Assembly (NCBI GenBank): GCA_963728405.1 | Contig: CAVSJV010000004.1 | Coordinates: 32,001-96,000 of the forward strand | Length of the DNA: 64,000 nt | Source: Methanomassiliicoccaceae archaeon | GTDB lineage: Archaea; Thermoplasmatota; Thermoplasmata; Methanomassiliicoccales; Methanomassiliicoccaceae | Direction of reading: 5' to 3' | Shown: one piece after another, positions 11,190 through 20,679 of the stretch | Position numbering within the stretch: the stretch's first letter is position 1 | How the letters are laid out: each line of letters opens with the position of its first letter | Made by a program: the position numbers and the translations under genes | Notes under the pieces: model-generated | The model's database searches: none | The model's input: the letters and a program-made list of their open reading frames with translations, nothing else | What the model was told of the DNA's origin: nothing

Positions 11190-11869
11190 TGGAGGGGTTC
11201 TTGCCCTTGGAATGGGCGATATTATGGTTCGCCATATCATTGCCTATTGTAGCCTGGGGATTTTGGAAAATTCGGAAATTGTTCAATGAGCATCCTGAAC
11301 AGAAGATGATGCTTGCGGTGTCGGGCGCTTTCATCTTCGTGCTGTCGTCACTGAAGCTGCCATCAGTGACAGGTTCGTCCTCTCATCCGACGGGGACGGG
11401 CGCTTCTACGATCCTATATGGGGTAGCGGTGACCTCGGTCGTTTCTATAATCGTTCTATTGTTCCAGGCCCTATTACTGGCCCATGGTGGCATCACAACC
11501 CTGGGGGCAAATGTATTTTCCATGGGCATCGCCGGGCCATTCGTAGGCTATGTGGCATATAAGGCACTTAAAAAAGCCAATGTAAGCCTGGTGCCAACGG
11601 TATTCGTCGTGGCATTCTTAGCTGACATCGCCACCTATGTTACCACGGCTTTCCAACTCGCCCTGGCATACCCGACCAACGGCAGCGTGATGGCATCGTT
11701 CGTAACTTTCTTTGAGATCTTCGCCATTACCCAGATCCCGCTTGCCATCGTCGAGGGCGTGTTGTTCGTCATGTTCTTTGACTACCTGGTGAGGGCGAGG
11801 CCGGACATCTTGGAAGGCAAGTTGAGACTAAAGAAAGAGAAAAACGAGGACAAACCGGTGGAGGCTTGA
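11180..11869 (+). CDS. cbiM: Cobalt ECF transporter S component CbiM
   Basis: N-terminal MHIMEGFLP signature; SSSHPTG, LLAHGG. Confidence 0.95.
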   Translation: MHIMEGFLPLEWAILWFAISLPIVAWGFWKIRKLFNEHPEQKMMLAVSGAFIFVLSSLKLPSVTGSSSHPTGTGASTILYGVAVTSVVSIIVLLFQALLLAHGGITTLGANVFSMGIAGPFVGYVAYKALKKANVSLVPTVFVVAFLADIATYVTTAFQLALAYPTNGSVMASFVTFFEIFAITQIPLAIVEGVLFVMFFDYLVRARPDILEGKLRLKKEKNEDKPVEA

Positions 11870-12213
11870 AAATGAAGCATCGCTATTGGTATATCATCGG
11901 CTTCGCGGTCGTTGTGTCCATATGCGTTTCGGCATTCGTCCTGGCACCCAATGGTGAGTTCGGAGGAGCGGATGATCGGGGATCGAACCAGATCGAACAG
12001 ATCAATCCGGACTACAGACCTTGGTTCGAGAGCCTATGGACCCCTCCAGCTGAGACCCAATCGCTGCTCTTCGCAGTCCAGGCAGCCATCGGAGCTTCCA
12101 TTATCGGCTTCTTCATCGGAAACGAACGCGGTAAGAAGTTAGCCCTGAAGCAGGCCAAAAAGATGAAAGAGATCCAAGCAAAAGCGGTCAAGGTAGAGGC
12201 GACCGATGAATAG
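11866..12213 (+). CDS. cbiN: Cobalt transport protein CbiN
   Basis: EFGGAD, PDYRPWF, SLLFAVQAAIG. Confidence 0.92.
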   Translation: MKMKHRYWYIIGFAVVVSICVSAFVLAPNGEFGGADDRGSNQIEQINPDYRPWFESLWTPPAETQSLLFAVQAAIGASIIGFFIGNERGKKLALKQAKKMKEIQAKAVKVEATDE

Positions 12214-12235
12214 AAATGGAGACCTGTGATCACCG

Positions 12236-13033
12236 ATGCTCGCGATAGATGAGATTGCCTATGCATCACCGTTCAAGGACTGGTCACCTCTGGGCAAGTT
12301 CGCTTTGGCTCTTTCCCTCTTGATCTCGTCCTTGATGGCTTCATCAATCGTGGTCCCATTTTTAATCTTTTTAATCAGTTTCGCCCTGCTATTCTATTCG
12401 ACCAAGATGCGCTTCCCTCGGGTCATCGTCCTAGCTCTTTTAGACGGACTAGTGATCTTTTTCATCGGGGCAGTGGTGATAGCCCTCGTCACTGCCGGAG
12501 AGACGATGTGGACGGTCGATCTTGGCATCTTCGTCCTAAATTTCTCCCAACAGGGGGTCAAACTTGGGATGCTGGTCTTCCTGCGCGCGGTCGCCGGGGT
12601 CACTGTGATGCTGTTCTTCGCTACTTCCACGCCGCTTCCCTACTTTGCCAATGCCCTCCGCCAGATCAAGATACCAAAGGAGTTCATAGAGCTCACTGTC
12701 CTCATCTACCGCTATTCGTTCCTTCTATTGGAACAGCTGGACACCATGTATGTGGCTGCACACTGTCGCTTGGGTTTCCGTGGCTATAAGAACAAGTTCC
12801 GAACGACTGCCAAGCTCACGGTCGGCATGTTCACCCGCTCCCTGGACATGGCGGAGCGTTCGCAGGTAGCCCTTAATTGCCGGGGCTTTCGAGGCGAGTT
12901 TCACTGCTATCGGCCACCGAAAAAAGTGACTGTCAGATGGGTGCTCGCTTCGATCGTGATGTTCGAGATAATGAACATAATCAACCAATTTCTAGCGAAC
13001 CCCTCTTCATTGACCGCGTTATTTAGAATGTGA
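12236..13033 (+). CDS. cbiQ: Cobalt ECF transporter T component CbiQ
   Basis: Hydrophobic; LIYRY and RLG/RGF motifs; position between cbiN and the ATPase. Confidence 0.9.
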   Translation: MLAIDEIAYASPFKDWSPLGKFALALSLLISSLMASSIVVPFLIFLISFALLFYSTKMRFPRVIVLALLDGLVIFFIGAVVIALVTAGETMWTVDLGIFVLNFSQQGVKLGMLVFLRAVAGVTVMLFFATSTPLPYFANALRQIKIPKEFIELTVLIYRYSFLLLEQLDTMYVAAHCRLGFRGYKNKFRTTAKLTVGMFTRSLDMAERSQVALNCRGFRGEFHCYRPPKKVTVRWVLASIVMFEIMNIINQFLANPSSLTALFRM

Positions 13034-13037
13034 GAAC

Positions 13038-14319
13038 ATGACCAACCGCCCGATACTCAGGACGAGGGGACTTAACTTCAGCTATCCTAGCGGCGTCCCA
13101 GCCCTCAAGAACGTGAATATGGAGATCGATAAGGGAAAGAAGATCGTGTTCCTAGGCCCCAATGGTGCCGGAAAGTCCACACTGTTCCTTCACTTCAATG
13201 GCATCCTCCGGCCAAAGAGCGGCGAGGTCCTTTTCGATGATAGGGCCATAAAATATGACCAGGGTTCGCTGGCCACTTTACGAGAACAAGTAGCGATGGT
13301 ATTACAAAACCCGGACGACCAGATCTTCTCCACGACCGTAGAAGAAGATGTCGCCTTTGGCCCGATGAACCTCCTGTTGAAAAAGGATGAGGTCGAGGAC
13401 CGTATCGATGAGGCCTTGCACCTGGTGGGCATGGAGGATCTGAGGAAACGGCCGACCCAACAGTTATCGTTCGGTCAGAGAAAGCGAGTCTCCCTGGCAG
13501 GCGCCCTTGCCATGAAGCCCAAGGTGCTCATCATGGACGAACCAACCGCCGGACTCGATTCGGAGATGGTCCATGAACTGATGGAGCTGTCAGATGAACT
13601 GAACCATGGGGGGATGACGATGATCATGTCCACTCACGACATCGAGACCGCCTATGAATGGGCCGATGAGATGATGGTCATCTACAAAGGAGAGCTACTA
13701 TACCACGGCTCTCCAGAAGAACTGTTCACCCGGCATGAACTGGTAGACAAGCTTCGGATGGTCCCCCCGTTCCCGGTCCGGTTCAACCAACAGATGCACG
13801 ATCGGACCGGTCGGGCAGAATTGCCCTATCCCCGTAATCTTGTAGAGCTCTCACACAAATGCTTCCCTCTCACCTGTCCGCTGAACGAGGACCGAAGGCA
13901 AAGGTCCACCGATGGCCCTTCGAATCCTGGCAAGATTGACCCGTTCGGAGGGATCTTGTTCATTGTCGATGTCGAGGACCCGAAATACCCGGAACAGCTC
14001 CATAGCCTAACCGAGCGAGTGGCCGACCTTCATCATCACTCAGGAGCCTATGGGGCTAAGGCTCGTCGGTTGGTTCGGGAGGGCAAAATCGATGTACATC
14101 ATCCATTCCATGCGCTAGAGAACGCCATTCTCCAGGTGAGCCTCGGTAAGGATTACTGTCTTATACACTGATATCTCTCTCCTTTCTTTGGTCGGATCGA
14201 ACCTGGCCAAGGTGGAGAAAAAGGTCGGGTTAAGAATAAATGTCCTATTTTGTGGTCACATCAAGGTCGGTGAGATAAGCATGGACCACATGGTCGAAGA
14301 AAACGGTAAGACTGAGTAG
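13038..14319 (+). CDS. cbiO: Cobalt ECF transporter ATPase CbiO with a long C-terminal extension (probable frameshift near 14163)
   Basis: Walker A GPNGAGKST, LSFGQRKR, MDEPT; the ORF stops at 14171 but another frame continues YTDISLLSLVGS...EENGKTE* to TAG 14317-14319. Confidence 0.85.
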
Positions 14320-14493
14320 GACGGGACTAAGGGCCAAGAACTGTCCCTTACAATGGTCAGCCGTCCCCCGAGCTCAGTCCATCATCCTTTGGCCCTGATC
14401 TCACGGCAGGAGATTATACTAAAGAGACATTTAAATGAATAAAGAAAGGATTATTAAGAGATGGATGTATAATCCAACTCATTCGGAGCCCTG

Positions 14494-14603
14494 CTTGTAG
14501 CGAAGGCGACCATTGATCGGCTAGGTCGATAACTGGACGCCATGCGGGTAAATCAATGGTCAGGGACCCGTCGAGGGCAAAGTAGACGGTACAAGAGGAG
14601 TGA
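14494..14603 (+). promoter_or_regulatory. Candidate structured 5' leader of cbiA
   Basis: Nested complementarities CTTGTA/TACAAG, GACCATTGAT/ATCAATGGTC and CCGTC/GACGG ending at the RBS GAGGAG. Confidence 0.4.
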
Positions 14604-14610
14604 TGGTCGG

Positions 14611-15970
14611 ATGCATATTCCAAGGATTATGATCTCTGGCGAGAGGAGCGGGGTGGGCAAATCAACGATAACCATAGGTCTCCTGTTGGCGTTAAAGGCC
14701 CGTGGCCTAGACCCTCAGCCGTTCAAGGCCGGACCGGACTTCCTCGATCCGATGCATCACACCAAGGCGGTCGGCCGACCGTCTCGGAACCTGGATACAT
14801 GGATGTTCGGAGACAGTGTCCTATCCTCGTTCATCCGGGGATCGCAAGGGTCTTCGATCTCGGTCATCGAGGGAGTGATGGGGCTATACGACGGCTTGGA
14901 CGGCCGTTCCGAAGAAGGATCGACCGCCCACCTGGCCAAGGTTCTGAAGGCACCTGTCATTCTGGTGGTGGACGCTTCCTCTTCGGCCCGGTCAACCGGC
15001 GCGGTGGCCCTGGGGTTCAAGGACTACGATCCAGACGTCAAAATACCTGGGGTCATCTTCAACAATGTGGCCGGCCCCGGACATCTGGCGATGTTGAAGG
15101 ATTCGTTAAAAGGAATGGAGTGCTTAGGAGGCATCCCGGGGGAAGGCAGCGTGGAGCTGAAGTCCCGGCACCTGGGCCTGGTGCCAGCAGGCGAATGCAA
15201 CGATCAGGCCCGCTATGACCGCATCAGGTCCCTGGTGGAAGAGCACTGCGATATGGAACGGATCGTGGAGATCGCCTCGATCGGCCCCGGACATCGGCCC
15301 CAAAAAGCTCATCGAATCCAAGAGGAGGAAACGCCCTCGGGCCCGCATCGGTCTGGCCCAGGACGAGGCGTTCAACTTCTACTATCAGGAGAATCTTGAT
15401 TACCTTCGGTCCTTCGGAGCGGAGATCGTCCCCTTCTCACCGATGCACGATCACCTTCCTGACGTGGACGGCCTATACTTCGGGGGTGGATATCCTGAGC
15501 TTTTCTCCAGAGAGCTGGAAGATAATATCGGGTTGCGGACCGCGGTGCGGGATGCGGCCATGTCGGGGATGCCCATCTATGCGGAATGTGGAGGCATGAT
15601 GTACGTCTGCCGCTCGGTGACCGATCTGGAGGATCAGAAACGGCCGATGTGCGGCATATTCGATGCCGAGGTGGAGATGACCGAACGCCTTCAGGCCATC
15701 GGATACGTCGAGGTCGAGGTGAGGAAGGACAATATGCTGGCCATGAAGGGGTGGAGCACCCGGGGACATGAGTTCCATTATTCCAAGGTCACCTGCTCCG
15801 GGGAGACCGATCTCGCCTACGATATGAAACGTGGGAAGGGGATCCAGGACGGCCGGGACGGTTTCCTGACGCATAACACCCTGGCCTCTTACACCCATCT
15901 GCATTTTGCTTCCTGTCCCGACTTCGCCCGCCGTTTCGTGGACAGTTGCATCTACAATCGGAGGCGGTAA
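14611..15970 (+). CDS. cbiA: Cobyrinate a,c-diamide synthase (frameshift near 15285)
   Basis: SGVGKST, FKAGPDFLDP, IEGVMGLYDG, SRHLGL; second frame DEAFNFYY, GGGYPE, AECGG, GHEFHYS. Confidence 0.9.
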
Positions 15971-17774
15971 GACGGACGAGCACTGGCCCAAGGTGCGGTC
16001 CGAGCTAAGTGATTTCGTAGGGGGCTCCAATCATTCGTGCCCTTACTACTCCTGCCACTTCGACGGGCAGGACTGCGGCTTGTGCTTCTGCCCCCTGTAC
16101 CCATGCCATGATGCCCACCTAGGCAGGATGGTTCGGACAGCCAAGGGGACCGAGGTATGGAGCTGCGAGGACTGCTTCTGGACCCACCGCAGCGATGTGG
16201 CATCTGAACTGGCCAGGCGCATCCCGCCAACCCCAACGTCGCCATCCCGGGAGTTCCTGGAGCAGGTGAAGCTCGACGTAGAAGCGCTACACCCGGTATC
16301 GGCTCGTCCGATCATGGTTCTGGGCGCGACCTCCGGGGCGGGGAAGTCCCTGATCGCAGCGGCATTGTGCCGCATCTTCTCGGACCGGGGCCTGAACGTT
16401 GCTCCGTTCAAGTCGCAGAACATGTCATTGAACTCGATGGTAACCTCCCAGGGCGGAGAGATATCGCGAGCCCAGGCATTACAAGCGGTGGCGGCCCGTA
16501 CGGAGCCGGATGCCCGGATGAATCCCATCCTGCTCAAACCGAAGAAGGACGACATCTCCCAGGTGATCGTCGACGGCCGGCCGTACCGCGATATGAACGT
16601 GCCCACCTATTACGGCGAATTCGCTCCTCGCGAGGGAGTGGAGATCATACAAAGGGCCTGGGAGTTCCTGAGGAAGACCAGGGACGTGGTGGTGATCGAG
16701 GGCGCCGGCTCGCCCGCAGAGATCAATATCGCCGATGTGGAGATCGCCAACATGAGGACGGCCGAGATCGCCAAGGCCCCCTGCATCCTGGTGATCAACA
16801 TGGAGTGGGGCGGAGGTTTCGCCTATGCTTACGGCACCATCATGCTGCTTCCTCCGGAGCGGAGAGCGATGTTCAAGGGCATTGTGCTGAACAACATGCA
16901 CGGAGACGCCGCCTGCCTGGACGCGGGCATCAGGGAGTTGGAAGAGAAGCTTGGGATCCCGGTGCTGGGAGTGGTTCCTCACGTCGATCATGCCCTTCCG
17001 GACGAGGATTCCCAGGACCTGATCAAGGTAAAGGGCAGTGGCGAGGTCAGGGTCGGAGTGATCATGCTGCCTCGCATATCCAACTTCACCGACCTCGATG
17101 CCTTGGCCCTGGATGGCGTTTCGGTCACCTACATCAAAGAGCCGGACGCGCTCGGTGAGGTCGATGCCATCATCATCCCCGGCACCAAGAACACCGTCGC
17201 TGACCTCAAGTGGCTCAGAGAACGGGGACTGTTCGAGGCCATCAGGGAGAGGAGAGGAAAGGTCCCCATCCTTGGCATCTGCGGCGGTTACCAGATGCTC
17301 GGCCGGGAGGTCGTGGACCTGAACGGGGTGGAGGGGGATGTCGGAGCGGCCTGGGAAGGCCTGGGTCTCCTGGACATCACCACCACGTTCGAGGCCTATG
17401 AGAAGCGAACTATGCAGGTCTCGGGCCGAATGGCGTCAGGGGAAGGAGCGATCAGGGGCTACGAGATCCATATGGGCCGGTCCGAGAGCAGGGAGGCCCC
17501 ACTCTTCCTTCTTGAGGAAGGGGGCAGGGAGATAGCCGAGGGAGGGGTATCCTCGGACGGCCTGGTCCTGGGCTCCTACGTCCATGGCCTTTTCGACCTC
17601 CCGGCGTTCCGCTCGGCCTTCCTCGGAAAGGTCAAGAAGGGCGCTGCTCCGGCCAATCCGGCCAAGGACTACCAGCGGTCCGTCGAGGATGGCCTCGATG
17701 CCTTGGCCATGGTGGTCTCTTCGAACCTAGACATGGATAAGATCATGAAGATCCTGCAGGAGGGATTACCATGA
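15970..17774 (+). CDS. cobQ: Cobyric acid synthase CobQ/CbiP with an N-terminal cysteine-rich small domain
   Basis: N-terminal CPYYSCHFDGQDCGLCFCPLYPC...WSCEDCFWTH; GATSGAGKS, PFKSQNMS, EGAGSPAEIN, PRISNFTD, GICGGYQMLG, GYEIHMG; start uncertain (ORF track gives TTG 15906). Confidence 0.9.
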
Positions 17775-18616
17775 GCTGCATCATGGTCCAGGGGACCGCC
17801 TCTGGAGCGGGGAAGACCACCGTGGCCGCCCTGCTATGCCGTCACTTCAACGACCTGGGTCTGAGGGTCGCGCCGTTCAAGGCCACCAACCTTTCCCTCA
17901 ACTCCTTCGTCACCTCCCAGGGCGAGGAGATCGGTGTCTCGCAGGCCTATCAGGCCTGGGCCTGCGGCCGCGAGCCGGAAGGGGACATGAACCCGGTGCT
18001 CCTGAAGCCCAAGGGCGAGGGAGGGTGCCAGGTCATCCTGGCTGGCCGACCGTACATGGACGTCGGCAGGGGTCGGAACGTAGAACGGGATGTCCTGCTG
18101 AGGGCGGTAAAGGCCTCCTACCAACGGCTGGCCGATGACAACGACGTGGTGGTGATCGAGGGCGCCGGCTCGCCCGCAGAGATCAATCTACGGAACGAGG
18201 ACATTGCCAACATGACCACAGCGGAGATGGCCCACGCACCGGTGATAATGGTCGGAGATATCGAAAGGGGCGGGGTGTTCGCAGGGCTGTATGGAACCTA
18301 TGCGCTTCTGGAAGAGAGATATCGCCCCCTGGTCAAGGCGTTCCTGATCAATCGGTTCCGAGGCGATCGGAGCATCCTCGGAAGCGGACTTACCCGCCTC
18401 GAGGAACTGATGGGCGTCCCCTGCCTAGGAGTGCTACCGTTCGCTGATCTGAGGTTCCCCAACGAGGACAGCTTAGACCTCGGTAGGGCCCAGGGAACTA
18501 AGGCTCGAGGTCAGGACATGAGAGCGGCCTGGCTGGAGAACCTGGACGCTTTCCACGATGTCGCCTGTGGCTGTCTGGATTTCGACCAGATAGAAAGGTT
18601 GGCCTCCATCCGTTGA
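17771..18616 (+). CDS. CobQ/CbiP paralogue, synthetase domain only (no glutaminase domain)
   Basis: GTASGAGKT, PFKATNLS, MNPVLLKP, EGAGSPAEIN, INRFRGD, EDS; no GICGG catalytic Cys region. Confidence 0.85.
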   Translation: MSCIMVQGTASGAGKTTVAALLCRHFNDLGLRVAPFKATNLSLNSFVTSQGEEIGVSQAYQAWACGREPEGDMNPVLLKPKGEGGCQVILAGRPYMDVGRGRNVERDVLLRAVKASYQRLADDNDVVVIEGAGSPAEINLRNEDIANMTTAEMAHAPVIMVGDIERGGVFAGLYGTYALLEERYRPLVKAFLINRFRGDRSILGSGLTRLEELMGVPCLGVLPFADLRFPNEDSLDLGRAQGTKARGQDMRAAWLENLDAFHDVACGCLDFDQIERLASIR

Positions 18617-18642
18617 GCCGCCATATCGATGGGGGCCCAGTC

Positions 18643-19293
18643 CTAGATATAGCGGATCGAGTGGACTTCCCCTTCTTTCCGCGTGGATTTCCTTCCCAGC
18701 TGGAGCCACAGTCCCAGTGCCTTGCCCAGATCATGGATGTAGTCTCCCGCGGCCAGCGTATTACGCTCGATGATCGACGCATAGCGGTCCATCAGCTCCG
18801 GGGGCGGTATGAACCTCAGGTCCCTCTTCTGCCTTTCTGGCTCTAAATATTGTAATCGTTCCTGCAGGGAACAGAAATCCTCGGCGAGGAATGCCGGCTC
18901 CTCGGTGACCTTCCCTCCTTTCTTGCCCAAGGCCAACGAGGCCTGCTCAACTGTCCTCAGCTCCTCCAGGATCTGCGCGGCGGCCTTTCGGCCGTTCAGG
19001 CAATGGTCTCGAAAGTCCTCAATCCGAACGCTCAGATAGTCCGCCTTGGCCGCTTTCTCGCACTGCTGCACCAGCGCCATTAGCTTGCCCAGCTCTTCGA
19101 ACATGAGCAGGAGGGCGCTGAACCTGAGGCGGTCCCGGCCCGGGAACGCCTCCTGTCCGGCCAGGGCGTGGTAGACATTGGCGTTGTCAAGGATATGCGC
19201 TGCCAGTTCCTCGGCCATCTGGAAGGCCTCATCCCTGGCGGGATAAAGGACATCGGGTTCTCCTCTCATGCTCTTCAATTCCCTAACAGGCAT
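18643..19293 (-). CDS. Hypothetical protein, AbiV/HEPN-like
   Basis: Helical protein with NA...EELGK...FRDH...LQERLQY pattern resembling AbiV-family HEPN proteins. Confidence 0.45.
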   Translation of the reverse strand: MPVRELKSMRGEPDVLYPARDEAFQMAEELAAHILDNANVYHALAGQEAFPGRDRLRFSALLLMFEELGKLMALVQQCEKAAKADYLSVRIEDFRDHCLNGRKAAAQILEELRTVEQASLALGKKGGKVTEEPAFLAEDFCSLQERLQYLEPERQKRDLRFIPPPELMDRYASIIERNTLAAGDYIHDLGKALGLWLQLGRKSTRKEGEVHSIRYI

Positions 19294-19356
19294 ATTAAAG
19301 ATGTCCCGCAGAAGGAGGAGGTTTAATATATAATCTCTATTTTCAGAATACAGTAC

Positions 19357-19625
19357 ATGGACAGCGAGCAGGAGCCTAGTGCTGGGGAAAGGAAGATCGC
19401 TGAGGACAAACTGTGATCACACATCCACCTTAGCATCCGTCTACTGGTCAACGCCATACTGGTGTTCATCTGGTGGTGGAGCGGCGGCGATCCCCGTGGT
19501 TCATCTTAGTAATGGCATTCTGGGGCACCGGGGTGGTCGCTCACGGCATCGGGACCTTTGTCCGAGGAAGACATTCGGATCAGATGGCCAAGCGAGAGTA
19601 CCGGGGGCTCAAGGAGAGGCGATAG
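19357..19625 (+). pseudogene. Disrupted 2TM-domain membrane protein
   Basis: HIHLSIRLLVNAILVFIWW and PWFILVMAFWGTGVVAHG segments in different frames; in-frame TGA at 19414. Confidence 0.5.
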
Positions 19626-19926
19626 GTCCAGATTCGATCATCCGCAGGAAGATGCGGGCCAGAGACTCACGCTCGGCCGGGCTGGCCTGGTTCCACAGCT
19701 CGGCCACCATCCTTTCTTCGGGAGAGCCGGAGCAGACCCGTTGAGCAAGGAAATCGATCACGTCCTCCACGATCGCGATGACGTTCCGGTCAGAAGGGTC
19801 GATCTCCCTAGCTGCATTCACGGTTTCTCTCAAAGATTCTCGCCAGTCGTTCCAGTTCTGAGCGAAGTTCATCAAGTTCAGGCAGGCCTCGGGGGAGTTC
19901 GGGGAGGGCGTGGTCAGGTCTCTCAT
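19609..19926 (-). CDS. DUF3243/YmfJ-like protein
   Basis: NWNDWRESL...DFLAQRV...PEERMVAELWNQASPAERESLA pattern. Confidence 0.65.
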   Translation of the reverse strand: MRDLTTPSPNSPEACLNLMNFAQNWNDWRESLRETVNAAREIDPSDRNVIAIVEDVIDFLAQRVCSGSPEERMVAELWNQASPAERESLARIFLRMIESGPIASP

Positions 19927-20278
19927 GCTACATTCTTGGGACCTTCGAGTAAAATTATGTTTCTGCCCCATATCGAGAATGATGACGTGGCATCATCGAC
20001 CTTAAATGGAACCCAAGAGCGTGATCACTCCATCCAAAGGCATGTCGTGTAAAGGGCGTCCCTGCTCACAATCTCCGCCATGGTCATCCAATCATTGATC
20101 ACCTCGCTGATGGCGATGAACGACCGATGCGTCATCATCGCGGCATGGTACTTGTCGGGGTCGCCTACGAGGCTAGATCAGCCGCTACAGCCCCAGATCC
20201 ATGTGTCGGGATGTTCAAGAAGAACGCTCCCATCATCAGGAGGGAGAAGAAGAGTTCGGGCCTCCGATAGAGGCCCGC

Positions 20279-20518
20279 TCAATAGTAGACATAAAACCCT
20301 TTCACTTCTTTTCCATGGGTCCAGAAGGTCCGGGCGGACTCTGCGGCGGCGGGGTCTTGGGCCCCTTTCTTCTGGCCCTTGTTCATATAATCGATCAGAA
20401 GCCAGATACCCACCAATATGAAGAAAATGCCCACGATCCAGCCCAGGATGGCGGGGATAGCGATCACCAGTATCCCGAATATAATAGCGATCACGGCCAG
20501 TATTGGGTCCATGTCCAT
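20279..20518 (-). CDS. Small two-helix membrane protein (DUF3096-like)
   Basis: ILAVIAIIFGILVIAIPAILGWIVGIFFILVGI; RBS-like GAGGT upstream. Confidence 0.6.
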   Translation of the reverse strand: MDMDPILAVIAIIFGILVIAIPAILGWIVGIFFILVGIWLLIDYMNKGQKKGAQDPAAAESARTFWTHGKEVKGFYVYY

Positions 20519-20679
20519 ATTTATACCTCTGATTTTCTAGGTAGAGAATAATATAAGAATGTTGGGAAAGCGAATGACGGCGACATCACCAGGAGCTTCG
20601 AACGTCCCATGCATCCAGTCATCCCGATTGGAGGGAGTCCCGACGCCGATGTCGGCCGCGGTGCTACGGTGCCCACCCA

